This document shows, in pieces, positions 12,270-24,219 of a stretch of 64,000 nt of DNA. The notes beneath the pieces were generated by a model that saw only the letters and a program-made list of their open reading frames with translations, had not been told where the DNA came from and searched no databases. Source of the stretch: Takakia lepidozioides (lineage: Eukaryota; Plantae; Bryophyta); assembly GCA_030704615.1 (NCBI GenBank), contig CM060731.1:31372001-31436000 (forward strand), given 5' to 3'. The first letter of the stretch is position 1. Each line of letters begins with the position of its first letter. A program made the translations under genes and the position numbers.

Positions 12270-15110
12270 GGGTCAATGGGTAAACCAATCGTTCCCCTGC
12301 CCAAATGATTTTAGATTGATTTGAAACTTTGGGAGTGGGTTGTACATGCCCTTTTTAAGTTACCGGACAAGTATGAGGTCAATCTAAAATGATTCTGAGG
12401 GTGAACCAATAGTTCCCCTATTAAATGATTCATGATTGAAAATTGGTTGAAAGGTTTAACGAGTCGTTCGGGGGGCAAATGATTATTTCTTTGCTTGCAA
12501 CTTTGTGTACGTGATTTGTACGTACTTAAGCACATATGGACCAAAGTTGAACTTCAACAAAGTTGTTTGAATTGATTATTCAAATTCATAAGGAGAAACA
12601 ACATTTCGCCTGCACATGAATTGTTTTTAATTCCATTCTGAAGCCATATGCTTGATAACAACATGAAGAGTTGCATGCAAAATATCACCATGAACAGACA
12701 TCGTCTGCATCCAAAACACATTTTATTCCCTCATTTGCACTCCAAGGTGAAGTTATCTTCAACTTCATGCACTCTTCATAGAGAGTTCTGCAATAGTGAG
12801 CATAGAGCAAAGGATGAACATTTTTTTCCAAACATTTTTCTTTGGTACATTTTTTGGCAAGGATGTGGTGGTGTGAGGGTTCAACTCACAGAACAAAATC
12901 AAGCCAAAAACAAAATCATTGCGCCTCACACTCATTGCGCCCCACAATCCTACGGAAACTTCCCCCATGAAATGATATTTTATTGCTCCGAAACTTTGCA
13001 AATGTCTTCTACATGCCCTCTTACACGTCTTTGAGAAGTATGACATCAATCTAAAATGGTTTAAAGGGTGAACCAATCGTCCCCCTACCAAATGATTTTA
13101 AATTGATTTGAAACTTTGCAAGTGTCTTGTACATGCCCTCTTACAGGTCTTTCACAAGTTTCAAATCAATCTAAAATGGTTAAAATGGTGAATCAATCAT
13201 GAACATATCAAATGATTTTGGAGTGCTTTAAAGCTTCGCAATTGTCTTTCACATGCCATTTTAAAGGTACCGGACAAGTATGAGGTTAGTAAAATATAGT
13301 TGAAAGGGTGAACCAATTGTTCCTACATCAAATGATTTTACATTGCTTTGAAACTTTGCAAGTGTCAGCCACATGCCCTCCTACAAGTACCGGACAAGTA
13401 TGACATGAATAAAAAATGGTTGAAAGGGTGAACCAATCATTCCACTATCAAATGATTTTATATTGCTTTGGATGTCATTGCTTTGGTAATTCTAGCCCCC
13501 CAATGGCCCATTGTAACCCTTGAATTACAATTCAAAATGCAATTCAAGCCCTTAAAATTGGTATTGCCAGTCCCTAAAATGACCAACCCCGGCCGCCCCT
13601 CAAATTGTAATTTGAGCCCTTGAAATTGTCAATTCCAACCCTCAAATTGCAAGTGTAGCCTGTGAAATGGCAATTGCTAGTGCAGCCCCTGAAATTGGCA
13701 ATTGAAGCCCTTGGAATGGCAGTTTCAGCCCATCAAATTGCAAGTCCAGCCCCTCAAATTGGCAATTCGAGCCCCATAAATGGCAATTTCAGCCCCTCAA
13801 ATTGGCTATGGGTGAACCAATCATCCCCCTGCCAAATGATTTTGGATTCATTTGAAACTTTGCGAGTGTCTTGTACATGCCCTCTTAAAGTTACTGGACA
13901 AGTATGATGTCAATGTTAAATGGTTCAAAGGTGAACCAACAGTTCCCCTTTTGGATGATTCATGATTAATCGTTAATGATTGATCTCATATTACACTGGG
14001 ACCTATCAGAGGGTACATTGAACACACTGGCCAAGTCTCAAAGCGAACGAAAATCATTTGGATGGGCAACCATTCGTCGGCCCATTGAACGAATTTCTGA
14101 TATTAGTCCGGAACCTGTGAGAGGGTGTCTCCAACGTATTGGCAAAGTTTGGAAGCAAACAAAAATGATTTGGATAGGCAACCATCCGTTCACCCGTTGA
14201 ATATATTCCGCTGCATCTGCTATTGCTTTGGCACCTGTTGGACTGTGTTTCGCGTGCTCACAATTTATTTTTTATTCAGTTTTTAAATGGGGCATGTAAT
14301 GTAGCCATATGCAACGTGCGTGCCAAATTTGGGAGCGAACATAATTCATTTGGACCCAGAACCACAGTTTCTTCCCTATTTTGCGCTCCAAACTTGATTT
14401 GTGTTCAACTTCATGCACTCTTCATAGAGAGTTATGCAATAGTGAGCGAAGAGAACACTTTTTTTTTGGGGCATTTTTGATTGGTCCAAATTTTGGCAGG
14501 GGAGTAGTGGTGGGATGCTGGAAGCCACAGAACAAAATTGAGCCAAAAACAAAATCGATACATGCCAGAAACCCCCCAATGAAAGGCAGTGCAAATCTAT
14601 TTATTGGCTTAAAATTACTCTGGGGCCTCTTCCATGGTACATTGAAGATACTGGCCAAGTCTCAAAGCGAACCAAAATCATTTGGAGGCAAATGATTTAT
14701 GCGTCTGTTCATTTATTTGTGATTAATCGTTAATGGTGAAAAGGATAAACCAAAGGTTCATTGATAAAAAAAAATTTGAATGATTTGAAATTTTGCCAGT
14801 ATGTTCTACATGCCTCTTACATGGACCGGAGAAGTATGAGATCAATAAAAAATGGTTCACAGGAGGAACCAATGGTTACTTGATGTGCCAATTTCTGAAT
14901 GCTTTCAAACTTTGCCATTGCATTGTACATGCCCTCTTAAAGGTACCGGACAAGTATGAGTTCGATTTAAAATATTGCAATGGGTGAACCAATGGTATCT
15001 TCATTTAGCAATTTTTGATTGTTTTGAAATTTTGCCAGTATATTGTACATGCCGTCAAACAGGTATGAGGTCATTAAAAAACGATTCAAAGGATGAACCT
15101 CGTATTTCCA
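12270..15110 (+). repeat. Complex satellite block: ~120-bp units, a ~21-bp minisatellite and a larger internal duplication
   Basis: GGTGAA(C/T)CAAT recurs at ~13067, 13187, 13307 and 13427 (120-bp period), and near 12280, 12400, 13811, 13930, 14745, 14865 and 14983. AGCCCCTCAAATTGGCAATT-like units at 13490-13805. Blocks at 12755-12960 and 14400-14590 are homologous. Confidence 0.9.
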
Positions 15111-15196
15111 AAAATTACGTAGACTGTACAGTGGGTTGCACATTTAAGTTTTCGCAACCTGAGACCTTTGGCCTACTCCCTACATTTCTAGCCTTT

Positions 15197-17797
15197 CTAG
15201 TCATCTTCATCTAGATTTATTACTTCGTTGTCGTCATCTCCAGATGTTGATGAAGATGCTCCGGGTGTAGAGGACGTGCCTCCACCAGTACGGAGAGCTC
15301 GAGCCTGGGCTCGAGTGGTCAAAGAGGGACCCAGTGTTGTGTGGTCCACCCTTGCCATTATGCGTAGCGTTCTAGGCGAGTGCTGACTCTCTTCCACATT
15401 TGCCAGAGCCGGGTGTGTCGCTCTTGCTACGGCGGCATGCAATTTTTCAATTAAATCCGATATGTTTGGAAGTGGCAAGAACACCCCTGGAATATGGGCA
15501 ACTTGGTCACGCCATGTGTTTTGCCAATACTTTTCCACACTCGTGATGACAGCCTTGAAATTGTCCAACACCTCCTCCTGCTGGGGGTCTCTGCGCAACT
15601 CTGGAAAAAATGGCCCATCATCCCGACGAGGCACCCAGTACGTCTCATTCATATCCTCCCAACGGATGCTAGCGGCCTCCAACTCCATCAGAAATATGTC
15701 TCTCCCAATCGGTTCGTGATTGTATGGGTCGTTTTCTGCTGGCACCCACAGATCCTCAGGCAGTCGGAAGAATCTTTGTTTGGTACAGCTCCAATGCCCT
15801 CCCAAGTTCCGGCAAAAAAGCTCCATTTGGACTGGGTCCCGTATGCCTCTAGCACGTACGGTTATTTCCCAATTGGATGTCACCCAAAAGGTCACCGGAG
15901 CTTTAACCCTAGTTAACGTCTTCGCATCCAAGGTGTGCATCTCTCTTGGAGCATCCTATGTCATTGTCTCCCCCCCAGTGCTGCCAATTAAAAAAATCAT
16001 AAGGCGATACATCTAATGGCACGTTGTACCGGTTATACTCGTATCCCGTGGGTATATTGTCTTGCAACCCAAACAACTCGTAGAAACGTCGATGGATTGG
16101 TCCACGGCAGTCAGGGCATTGGCTGGCTCGCATGGCTGCCGATATGAGACATGTGGGATGGAACAAATGGCCACATGAACCAAGCATATAGCCTCCCTCC
16201 GGTCCATAAGGGTTTAGGCACATTGTGCACACCGTACCATCTGTTACCCATGACGCTGGATTGCTTTGTGGTATCCACGTTTGTTTATCCTCATTAATGT
16301 AGGATGACATCCTCGGCCTGGTGTCCCACTTCTCATCTACTTCCAAATCCCAGTTTATGCTATTATTGGTATCGGAAACTGTATGCACACATGGCTCAAA
16401 CATGGCATGCACATCATCCCATGTGGTGAATCCAGTGTATTTCGATGTGAATACATCACGCACAGTGTCGTGCCTTTGCAAATTAACATAGATGTTGTCT
16501 ACGCTTCGATTCGACAAATGTGCTGCACGTTGGAGGGAGGACAACGCTTCTTCTATCCGTGTTTCCCGCGATGCTAGATGGCCCGCCCATGTCACCCAAT
16601 TCCGCCAATTCCCCTTCAACCATGGCCACGATCGGATTTGCATGGCACTTGAGTACCGATATGCAACAGCCCTAGCTTGCTCGCGTTCCCTCACAAGCTG
16701 CTCTAATTCCTGTTCTTGGGCCGATGTAATTTGCACGGCTGAACATTCCCCAGTTTCCACTATGGGGTCCTTCCATTTTTCTTGCCCTCTCCGCCGCAAG
16801 TCTTTCTTCCTCAACCCTCGCCGGGTCCAGTTCAGACGTTTGCACTTCATTCCCATGCCCGATTGAGTCAACCCCGTCGATGACGCGGTCAATGTCCATT
16901 GATGGCATATTCAAACGCGACAATATATCTTGCTCGTTGGTGATTGGCCTCGGGTCCTGAAGCACACCGCGTACGCTGTCGAGAGTCCCCAACCCCATTC
17001 TTTCCAGCAACTTCGCTAGTTGCCACCGTTGCAAATGAACAATGGCAAACTGCCACTGCGAGACATCGTACTAGACTATACATGTTCTTTGATATCCCAG
17101 ACTTGTATATACGTCAGGGGTAGGACATCATACGGTTTGATGGAAACGACGAGGTGGAAGAAGGAGGAAAGACGGATGGAAACGACGATGTGGAAGAAGG
17201 AGGAAATGCAGACCAACCTCCAGATTATACGCCACAACAGGTCTCCGCAGCCGGGCTTCAACGTCTGAGGTGGAGGGGGGCGAGGTACGTTTTCCGTTGG
17301 AGGAACAGTTGGCCGCATTCCATTGAGAATGAGGACGGCAATACTCGTGGGCCCACAGCGGAAGAATTGTTATCATGGGATACCCACTGGTCGCAATAAA
17401 ATCAACTTTGTGTACAACATGGCCGCAAATAAATACGGGACCTTGTTGTTGACGAGCGGTTGACCCCACAATGTTGTATGTACCTCCTCTGCCCTGTGGT
17501 GGAAATGCGGGTTGGCGCAGGAATGCAAGCTAGCTTGATTTTGTTTGGTTTGTGGATCATGCCTATCTCTGGGCCACAAACGATTTATGTGACACCAGTC
17601 CACAAATTTCCTGCAGTCACCAAGCGATCACCGCTGCCCCAACTTCCAAACTTCCCAACCTGGTTCTGCAAGAATGTTGGGGTCATTGTATATGTCCCAA
17701 CGAAGTTCGCGCCTGACCTCTTTTGGTTTTTTTTTGGAGGTCCAGGTTCATTATCGTCATCCCTGGGATGACCTCCTCTGTCTTTCTCTTCCGCCAT
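15197..17797 (-). pseudogene. RING-H2 finger protein (putative E3 ligase) with coiled-coil region and acidic C-terminal SIM-like motif; frameshifted
   Basis: CTMC-x14-CGHLFHPTC-x10-CPDC (C3H2C3) in ORF 15909-16892. Collinear ORF pieces 17585-17797, 17128-17469, 16672-17034, 15909-16892 and 15197-15940. Ends DDNEVINLDEDD*. Confidence 0.8.
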
Positions 17798-18221
17798 TTA
17801 TGGCTTTGGCTTACCCCTACTCGACAGGTGTTTGCTAAGAAAAATGCTCTCCCAACCCTCCTAAATCGTACCTAATCCTACTCCCTAATGAATCCTCCCC
17901 AAGTACTAGATGCACGTTTCACTCCCTCGGCAGTTCTAAGTGATATGACGCAATGTGCAATGAAAAAAACGTGGGTGCTAGAGGAGGGCTTCCCGGGAGG
18001 TACTCAGCATCGATTTCGTAGAATCCAACGATCCAGTATACCCCCCACCCAACCAAAAGCACCCCTCTCCACTTGGACTCAATGACAATGAATGCAACAT
18101 CCCATGCCCACCAAGTCCTGGTGTGGAGAAAAGTGTGGGAGAGAATGGCCTCCAAGGCCTTATAAGCCCCCCCTCCACACTCGGGGCGCGCGTTGTCATC
18201 ATGACTGCGCACGCTATTAAT

Positions 18222-18970
18222 AGCTGCGACCGCCAGCAGAGGTGGTCGTATTTTTATTATTATTTTTTATTATGTGCGATCACCAGCAGGGGGGTGGTCG
18301 CAGATTTGTTTATGTTTTTTAATGGGTGCGACCACCAGCAGGGGGGTGGTCGCAGATTTTTTTTTTTTTAATCAGTAGGGAGGTGGTCGCATATATATAT
18401 ATATATATATTAATAGGCGCGATCACCAGCAGAGGGGTGGTCGCAGAAATTTTGTTTAAAACAAATAGGTGCGACCACCACCTGCTGGTGGTCGCACTAT
18501 TTTCCTTTTCTTTAATAGATGCGACCACCAGCAGGGGGTGGTCGTATGGGGGTGGTCGCATAATTTTCCGATTTTTTAATATCTACCAACAGTCAGTAGC
18601 TCAGTTGGTTAAGTGCACTGAGTGCGACCCGGACGATTCTGGGGTCAAATCTTGCTACTTGATGGGTGTGGTATGGTTAGTGTGTGGTGCCCCATTCCTA
18701 CGCCTCTTGCCGCATAAATGAAAGAGGTTATTTTCTCCTCTCATTACTAAGGGGCCTGATTTGTGAGTTGTCGCTCCCAGGTGTTTCCCAAAATAAAATA
18801 AAATAAAATCTACGACCACCAGCAGGGGTAATTAGTAAATCAGTAAATAGGTGCGACTACCAGCAGGGGGGTGGTCGCAACATTTTTCTTTTATTTTAAC
18901 AGTTGCGACGACCGATACTGGTGGTCACACAATTATTTTTTTAAAAATAGGTGCGACCACCAGGAGGTTG
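18222..18970 (+). repeat. Palindrome array B (~11 units, same core as array A), interrupted by a SINE
   Basis: TGCGACCACCAGCAGGGGGTGGTCGCA-type units at ~18226, 18275, 18328, 18418, 18470 (loop inverted), 18520, 18811, 18852, 18905 and 18952. Confidence 0.92.
18585..18808 (+). mobile_element. tRNA-derived SINE, copy 1
   Basis: A-box TAGCTCAGTTGG, B-box-like GGTCAAATC, (AAAAT)n tail, and ATCTAC repeated at both ends. A homologous copy lies at 27437-27665. Confidence 0.8.
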
Positions 18971-19291
18971 GTCCCCTTGCACCTGTATGTATGTTTGGAG
19001 AGTAGCAGATGAAAAGCACATGTATCGACTCCCTATAGATTTGTGAAGGGGAAGATGAATGTTGGGAGCTACACCTGACTTTTGTGGCTTTCGAAACCAT
19101 AATAGGAAATCAACAATGTAAAGGTAATGACGAAACACAAACACACGCACAACCACCAAACCCTTTCTTGGGTACACATATTCCACCATTTTTATTTTCC
19201 GTACACGTATGCATGTACCCAAACTGAAACATGGATATCCATGGAAACATACTACACATCATGTGACAAGTCACACAAATTATAGCTGTAC

Positions 19292-21618
19292 CTAATTCCG
19301 TCTGGCACGATGACGATGGTATGATCTCACGTCTAGTACAAAATCTTCGTCCCCACTCACTTCACCCCCGTTCCCATGATCAATGCTAGAATCATGATCT
19401 CTATCTGTTCTTTCGTTTCCAGAGGCAACTAGCCGTTGGACCTGTAGTCGTCCTCGGATTACGTTTAGTTGTCTCTCTGGTCGATTTCCACTCCTATTAT
19501 GAATACCATCTAGGGTATCAGGCCTGTTCACAGGTCAGTCACCAACAAAAGGTTGTACAATTCTCTGCCGTTTCGGGGCTTGTCCCGGATTTCGTGGTGG
19601 CCTTGGAGCAGGTCTCGTATGAGGAAGGCTACTCGCACGTACATCAGAGGGGCCGACATGAGAGGAAGGGGCATGAGATGGACCAGCGAGGATCGAGGGA
19701 GCACGGTTCACATGCGGAAGTCGTCGGTCCAGATGAAACGACAATGGCCGGTCGTCGTCATCCGATGGTTCGACTTGCAGAAGTCCCGTAGCAGAAGAAC
19801 CATCTCCCAGGATCGGAGTAGCGATGGAAGGAATTACATGAGGGGGAGAGAGACTAGATGGACCAGCATGGGATAGACCGGCTTGAGAAAGAGAAACATG
19901 AGATGGAGCGGGGTGAGATGAAGCACGGTTCACATGGGCACGATGTCCGTGAAGGAATGACAACGGCCGGTTGTCATCATCCGACGATTCGACCTGCACA
20001 TCTCCCGCAGTTCGTGGAACTCGTGGTGGGGGAGAGTTGACCTCAACTTCATTGTTGAGAGTGTGCTCCACTGGGGGAAGGGGGTTCGCAATTGGGATGA
20101 CACCATGTCGCAGTTCATCAACAACAAGGTCATCGAAGGATGGATACATTGCAGTATCATCATCATTAAATTCATATGGGTTATGTGGAGGATTGCCCAC
20201 ATCATCGGACCCATCCCAGCCGTTGGAGTCGGAGTCCCTTGCGGAGTCAGTGTCATCATTGCTGCTAGATTGGACCTCTGAGGCAGATTCTTCAGACAAC
20301 AGATTCTTCTCGTACCATGCAGATGCGTCACTTGCTCTCCTCTCTCGCAGTAGCCTACAATTCGTGTAGACATAAATCAATTTGTCAGCCCTGGCAAGAT
20401 TCAACCTGTTGTGAATCTTGTTGTGAACAAACGAGTAACTGCTGCAGTTCCGCTCACAGGACGAGGCAGAGCATACTTGAGCAAGAATACGCTTTGCAAT
20501 GGGAGCTAACATTTTTGCTCTAGCTCTAATCAGATCCCACCATTCATGTGACAACATGTTCATTGCTTTTGGATCCGGCATGTTATGGAAAGGATTCTGC
20601 CGATCCGAGAAGCACTGGTACTCGGACAACGCTCGCTCTGCCATGTTCAAGGGCGCAAATTGCATAATGACCCGTACAAGCCCAGCTTTGGCATCCACAT
20701 CGTCTCTCAAATCCGTATTGTCCAGCAAGAATGGATTCAACAAGGCCCCCGCATAATGCAAGTCCGTGCGAACCATCCGTTTGCGGTCGTAAAATGCATC
20801 CTCGGTCCTTGCCGCCAAATCATCGTCTATAGAAAATGGAGGACGCCTCAAGGATTGCACGTGCTTCTCAAGGTTTTCCAATATCAACCATGATTTACCC
20901 ATTATTGGTTGTTTTCCATCAAACTCCCGCAAAGCAATCAACACCGGCTCCACCATGTACACAAAATTTGCACATTTCGCTCAGAAATCGTCGGAGTAAA
21001 TGATTGCGCGGACCCTCCGACTTTTGCTCAAAGACTTGGACTTATGAGAGTCGCATAAGGTGCCCACATATGCATCCCATTGAGGGTCAATGATCACCTG
21101 CTCCAGACCCGCCCTCACAGTCACCAGTCGAGCCACCATCAAAAAGTTTGTGGCAAAGCGGGTTTCACCCGGGTTCCTAAGGTTGTCCTCCTGTGCGACA
21201 AATTTAAGCCTTCTTGCATTGATTGTTGCCTCAATGGTCTGGTCCGTACAAGTGCTGGCATACAATCGGGTGTTGCTCCTGACCCACCGGCTTCTCCACG
21301 AACAGTAGACGCCTTGCAAGAATCCCCCTGGGTACAACTCTGAGGGACAGTTTGATTCGAACCTGGAGTGTTTGGCTCAGAAGCCGCGGCCACATCAAGA
21401 GACGGTGGGATATTGCCTCCACATTGGGTAAAGTGGGCTTTCACTCGCATGGAGGCTTTTGGGCACAAACTAACCCCTGCATTCTTCCCATCTCTGTAGC
21501 CGATGTGATATAACATGCGATCTTTGCGACCCGCCAGCTTCAATGCACAAAGATTGCATTGAACACCGTCCTTTTTGTGCGGGTCTATGGTGAATTAAGG
21601 GATCCACTCCTCCCTCAT
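19292..21618 (-). pseudogene. hAT-superfamily transposase (BED finger, ETRF motif, hAT dimerisation domain); internally deleted, with stops
   Basis: BED-like CNLC...RMLYH...C at ~21450-21600; PGETRFATNFLM; TDLHYAGALLNP; WWDL...LAPIAKRILAQVCSASSCERN...HNKIHNRL...KLIYVYTN. The catalytic N-terminal (DUF659-like) part is missing at a junction near 21235. Stops at 20981 and 19535. Confidence 0.9.
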
Positions 21619-21984
21619 CCTCACACCCAAAACCCCAACCACAGACTTAAGGTTGAATGAAGAACACTAGTGTAATTGGTAGATTTGTCAAGAGCAATAG
21701 AAGTTAAAACAGAATGCGATGGCCCAACACTACGGCATCAATCTAAGTGGATCAATGCACCATGTAGTATTGTGCTTTTCGACAATTTGCTGCAGTGGCT
21801 TTGGTGAAAGCCACAACAACAAAAAGTCCGCACCCTCCTCTTGGGCTTACACTATTGCTCAAGGAATAGAGAATATTCACTCGCCACAAAAGTGTTTGCC
21901 ACAAAAGAAGTGAGGGGCATTGGGACCACCTTACATACCCTCCAACCTCCAAGCCTCACACGCTCGACGAATCACATCCAATAC

Positions 21985-22076
21985 TGCGACTGTTCCAGGT
22001 CGCACGAGGAAGTCGCATGTTTAAAAAAAAAAAAAAACTGCTGCGACCACCCTCATGCTGGTGGTCGCACCTATGT
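21985..22076 (-). repeat. Inverted copy of the array unit: candidate 5' subterminal region/terminus of the hAT
   Basis: TGCGACCACCCTCATGCTGGTGGTCGCACCTATG is the reverse complement of the array unit, with extra TGCGAC/GTCGCA half-sites at 21985-22020. Confidence 0.7.
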
Positions 22077-22341
22077 GCTAGTCCATCATTGTTGTGAAGC
22101 CGCCTCCACTTCCCTGGCAAGAAGCAGGAGTGCACCTATGTTCAAGAATGGGTAATCTCACACCTAGGGGACTCAGGGCCGGATCTGAAACAACACTTTT
22201 GTCATCCCAAGGGAAGACGTTTCTTCTCAATGATGTTTCAAAACAAAGAAGCAGCAGATAGGGCGCGCGCTTGCTCTCAACCCACACCTCATCATCACCA
22301 TTTCACAGATCCCAGACCAATACCCAAATATATGTAATGCC

Positions 22342-24210
22342 CACTACTGCAGGGGGCTGAAAATCCATGAGCAGTGAGCAGAGACCCCGAACCTTCCCCG
22401 AACCGTACGTGTTTGCCGAACCACTTCTAGGTTCGGGATAGATTCAATTTATAGAATATTCTGATTTTGGATTCCAAATGAGATTTTTACTAAATTCTTA
22501 TTGCATATGACCCCTCAAAGATTGAAGGTTTGGCGCCGACCCCATTTCATACACTAAAAAAAATATATATTAAGGAAAAAAACTTTTCTTAGAAAACGTA
22601 GATGCCCGTACTGTTCGGCGCCGAATAGTGCCATAGGTTCGGTAGTGGTCTGAACTGGTTCGGCATAGGCTCGAGGTTTGGAAGAATATTCCTTGGTAGA
22701 ATATTCCTTGGCATAGGCTCGGCACAGGTTCGGCAAAATATTCCTCAGATATTCGTGAGAGTATCCCGACATCAGAATCCCAAAATATGCCTCTGCTCAT
22801 GGAAAAGAATATTCCTCTGCTCACTACTCACTGCTCATGGAACTCTGCTCATGAAAAACTCAACCTCCTACTGCAAATGGGGGGTTTAACGACGCCCTAG
22901 CGTCGCCATATAAGTAACATAGCTGCGTCGTTTTTGGAGGCGGGTAGTTTGGCAAAAAAATATGACGTACATGCGTCGTGTTCGCAACTCTTGGCGTTGC
23001 TCTCAAAACATCGTTGTTTTGTGATGCCTCGGGGTCGCTACCAGGTTAGAGTAGCAGTGCCCCCTATGCGATGAGTTGTCGTTGTAGTCACCACTGCCGC
23101 CGCGGTGAAGTTACAACCCCTGGGCGTAGCAAATAAAAGTCAATAAAAAATCCAAAAAAATCAAAGAAAAAATGATAGAAAGTGTCATTTTTCAACTCCG
23201 GATTATTGTGCGACCCAATAACGTCTTAGAGTGAGCCTGGTTGGTCAATATTAAGTCTTTCACACTAATACATAGCATTGTACTTAAAGAGATTTGTACT
23301 CACGACCTCTGTATTAAGTCATCGTTAAATCACTCCACAGTAATCAACACTCCCATAAAAAACTTGCAGATAACATTGTGTGTTTGGTAGTCTATATATA
23401 GATATTTGTGTTCTGGTTTTACAATTTGCAATGCCATAGAGGTTGCATATCTGGCAGTATATTTATGTCATTTGCCCTATTACTCCCCCTTCCTTGCCCT
23501 CTATCCTCTACCATCTCTTCATCATCTCCATCCCTCTTTGCGTGCTCTTTTATCTACATCTCTCTCTCACATCCACATTGCGACCCATAGGCGAGTGTCG
23601 CAACGTTGTTGCGACCGTCGCGACAGCATCGCAGCACCGTCGCAATTGTGACGCTTTTCCGTCACATTTTAAAAAAATTCGTATTTCGCATTGCAACCCC
23701 TGGACGTTAGTTAGCAGTGACTTTCCATCACAGTCTCAATTGTTTTTAGAACAAAAACACTTTGGCTTGCGACATCCGAGCGTCGTAGTAGGATTTCAGC
23801 ATTGGAGGTTCTGGCGTAGCGACATAGCTGCATTGCTGATGGCCATTTTTTGGAAGGGGGTAGTCTAGCCAAAAATGCAACGCACGGGCGTCATGTTCGC
23901 AACTATTGGTTTTGCTGTCGAAACGTCGTTGTTCTGCAACGCCTCGGGATCATTACCAGGCCAGAGTAACAGTGCTCCATATGCAATGTGTTGCCGTTGT
24001 TGCCAACGCCGCTGTCGCGGAGAAATTACGACCCGTAGACGTAGCAAATTTTTGAAAAACAAAATCCATAAAATCATATAAAAAACGATAGGGAATATCA
24101 TTTTTCAACTCCAGATTGTTGTGCGACCCTATAACGTATTAGAGTTACCCTAGTTGGTCAATATTAAGTTTTTCAAACTAAGACATAGCATTAAAAGATT
24201 TGAACTCGCG
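22342..24210 (+). mobile_element. CACTA-type non-autonomous element with a ~915-bp tandem duplication
   Basis: Reconstructed terminus CACTACTGCAAATGGGGGGTTTAACGACG. 22944-23280 is repeated at 23860-24192. 23310-23520 matches 6135-6332 in direct orientation. Confidence 0.65.
22352..22867. mobile_element. MITE inserted into a CACTA terminal repeat
   Basis: Imperfect inverted ends GGGGGCTGAAAATCCATGAGCAG / CTGCTCATGAAAAACTCAACCTC. CTACTGCA is duplicated on both sides (22344-22351 and 22868-22875). Internal CCGAAC/GTTCGG and GAATATTC motifs. Confidence 0.75.
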
Positions 24211-24219
24211 CACCTCATC

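Noticed and set aside
18590-18660. Possible tRNA gene
   Set aside because: No complete cloverleaf; it continues into a conserved body with an A-rich tail and has a second dispersed copy, so it is a SINE.
18841-22080. Minimal hAT bounded by CAGTAAATAGGTGCGAC / TAGCACATAGGTGCGAC
   Set aside because: The flanking 8-mers do not match as a TSD and the array continues to the left, so these termini are unsupported.
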